Part shown: positions 63,225-64,000 of the stretch, piece after piece
Position numbering within the stretch: position 1 is the first letter of the stretch
Layout: each line of letters starts with the position of its first letter
NCBI RefSeq assembly: GCF_006345805.1
Contig: NC_042997.1
Span: forward strand, 93,248,001 to 93,312,000
From: Octopus sinensis
Lineage: Eukaryota
DNA: 64,000 nt
Direction of reading: 5' to 3'
Translations under genes and position numbers: made by a program
Notes under the pieces: generated by a model
The model's database searches: none
What the model was told of the DNA's origin: nothing
Seen by the model: the letters and a program-made list of their open reading frames with translations, nothing else

Positions 63225-64000
63225 GTTAGGAAGGGCATCCAGCTGTAGAAACTGCCAGATCAGACTGGGCCTGGTGCAGCCTTCTGGCTTCCCAGACCCC
63301 AGTTGAACCGTCCAACTCATGCTAGCATGGAAAGCGGACGTTAAAAGATGATGATGATGATGATGATATATATATATATATTATATATATATATATATAA
63401 TATATATATATATATATCATCAGTAAATCTTAAATCTAAAAGAGAAGCACACTCAAAGTTATAGCGCAGTAGAGTATTTAGAGAACGGTAGCTATGGCCA
63501 TCAGACCCTAATGGCCAATAACTATTAAGGTCATTCAGTTAGAAATTCTTTAAGGTGGTGCCCCAGCATCACTGCAGTCTAATGCCTGACACAAGTAAAA
63601 GATAAAAGTTAAACTATAAGTAATGACACTAATCATATTATCCTCCTGCATGGAGATGAAATTCAGATCTCATGTCAAAATAAGATTTTGTGCTTATTGT
63701 ACAAAACAAACAAAAGAAACAAATCAAAACATAACGGTTCCTACACAGAGATTTGAAGATAAATGTAGCCACAGACATTACAACTATATCAAGTTCCAGT
63801 ACTTTGCGAAATTTTCCATTTGTGGGGTGCAATATCAGAATACAAAAACTATAAGATTTTGGAATTTTTTCAGATTTTGAGTAAAGGATTTTCAACTGTA
63901 TTAGTAGTGAAGTAGAAACCATTAAATTGATATTTGTGTACTCCTTTCAATAACTGAGTTAGTTTCCAAGAATGCAATAATAATATTCAGTAATTTTCTT

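Noticed and set aside
63623-63880. Possible next ABCA exon
   Set aside because: No convincing phase-2 acceptor/donor pair and no resemblance to the module's 2-1 exons.

Overview
AT-rich eukaryotic genomic DNA, very rich in microsatellites and mobile elements. The SINE, RTE and Penelope-like repeat content suggests an octopod cephalopod (inferred, not proven). Almost all ORFs in the supplied track are microsatellite or transposon artefacts. The one real gene is the 5' part of an ABCA-subfamily lipid transporter on the + strand: 11 coding exons from ATG 25499 to 61961, 1610 nt (about 536 codons), continuing beyond the window. Its first six exons reproduce the intron phases of vertebrate ABCA1/ABCA4. 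After that a four-exon module appears to be tandemly repeated, enlarging extracellular domain 1. The rest is tRNA-derived SINEs (three or more families), 5'-truncated RTE LINEs, a Tc1/mariner deletion derivative, several MITEs, a hAT relic, two solo LTRs and Penelope-like foldback relics. Two of the Penelope-like relics carry intact minimal hammerhead ribozyme motifs with a compensatory base-pair change. A full-size hammerhead with mutated catalytic bases lies antisense in an ABCA intron.
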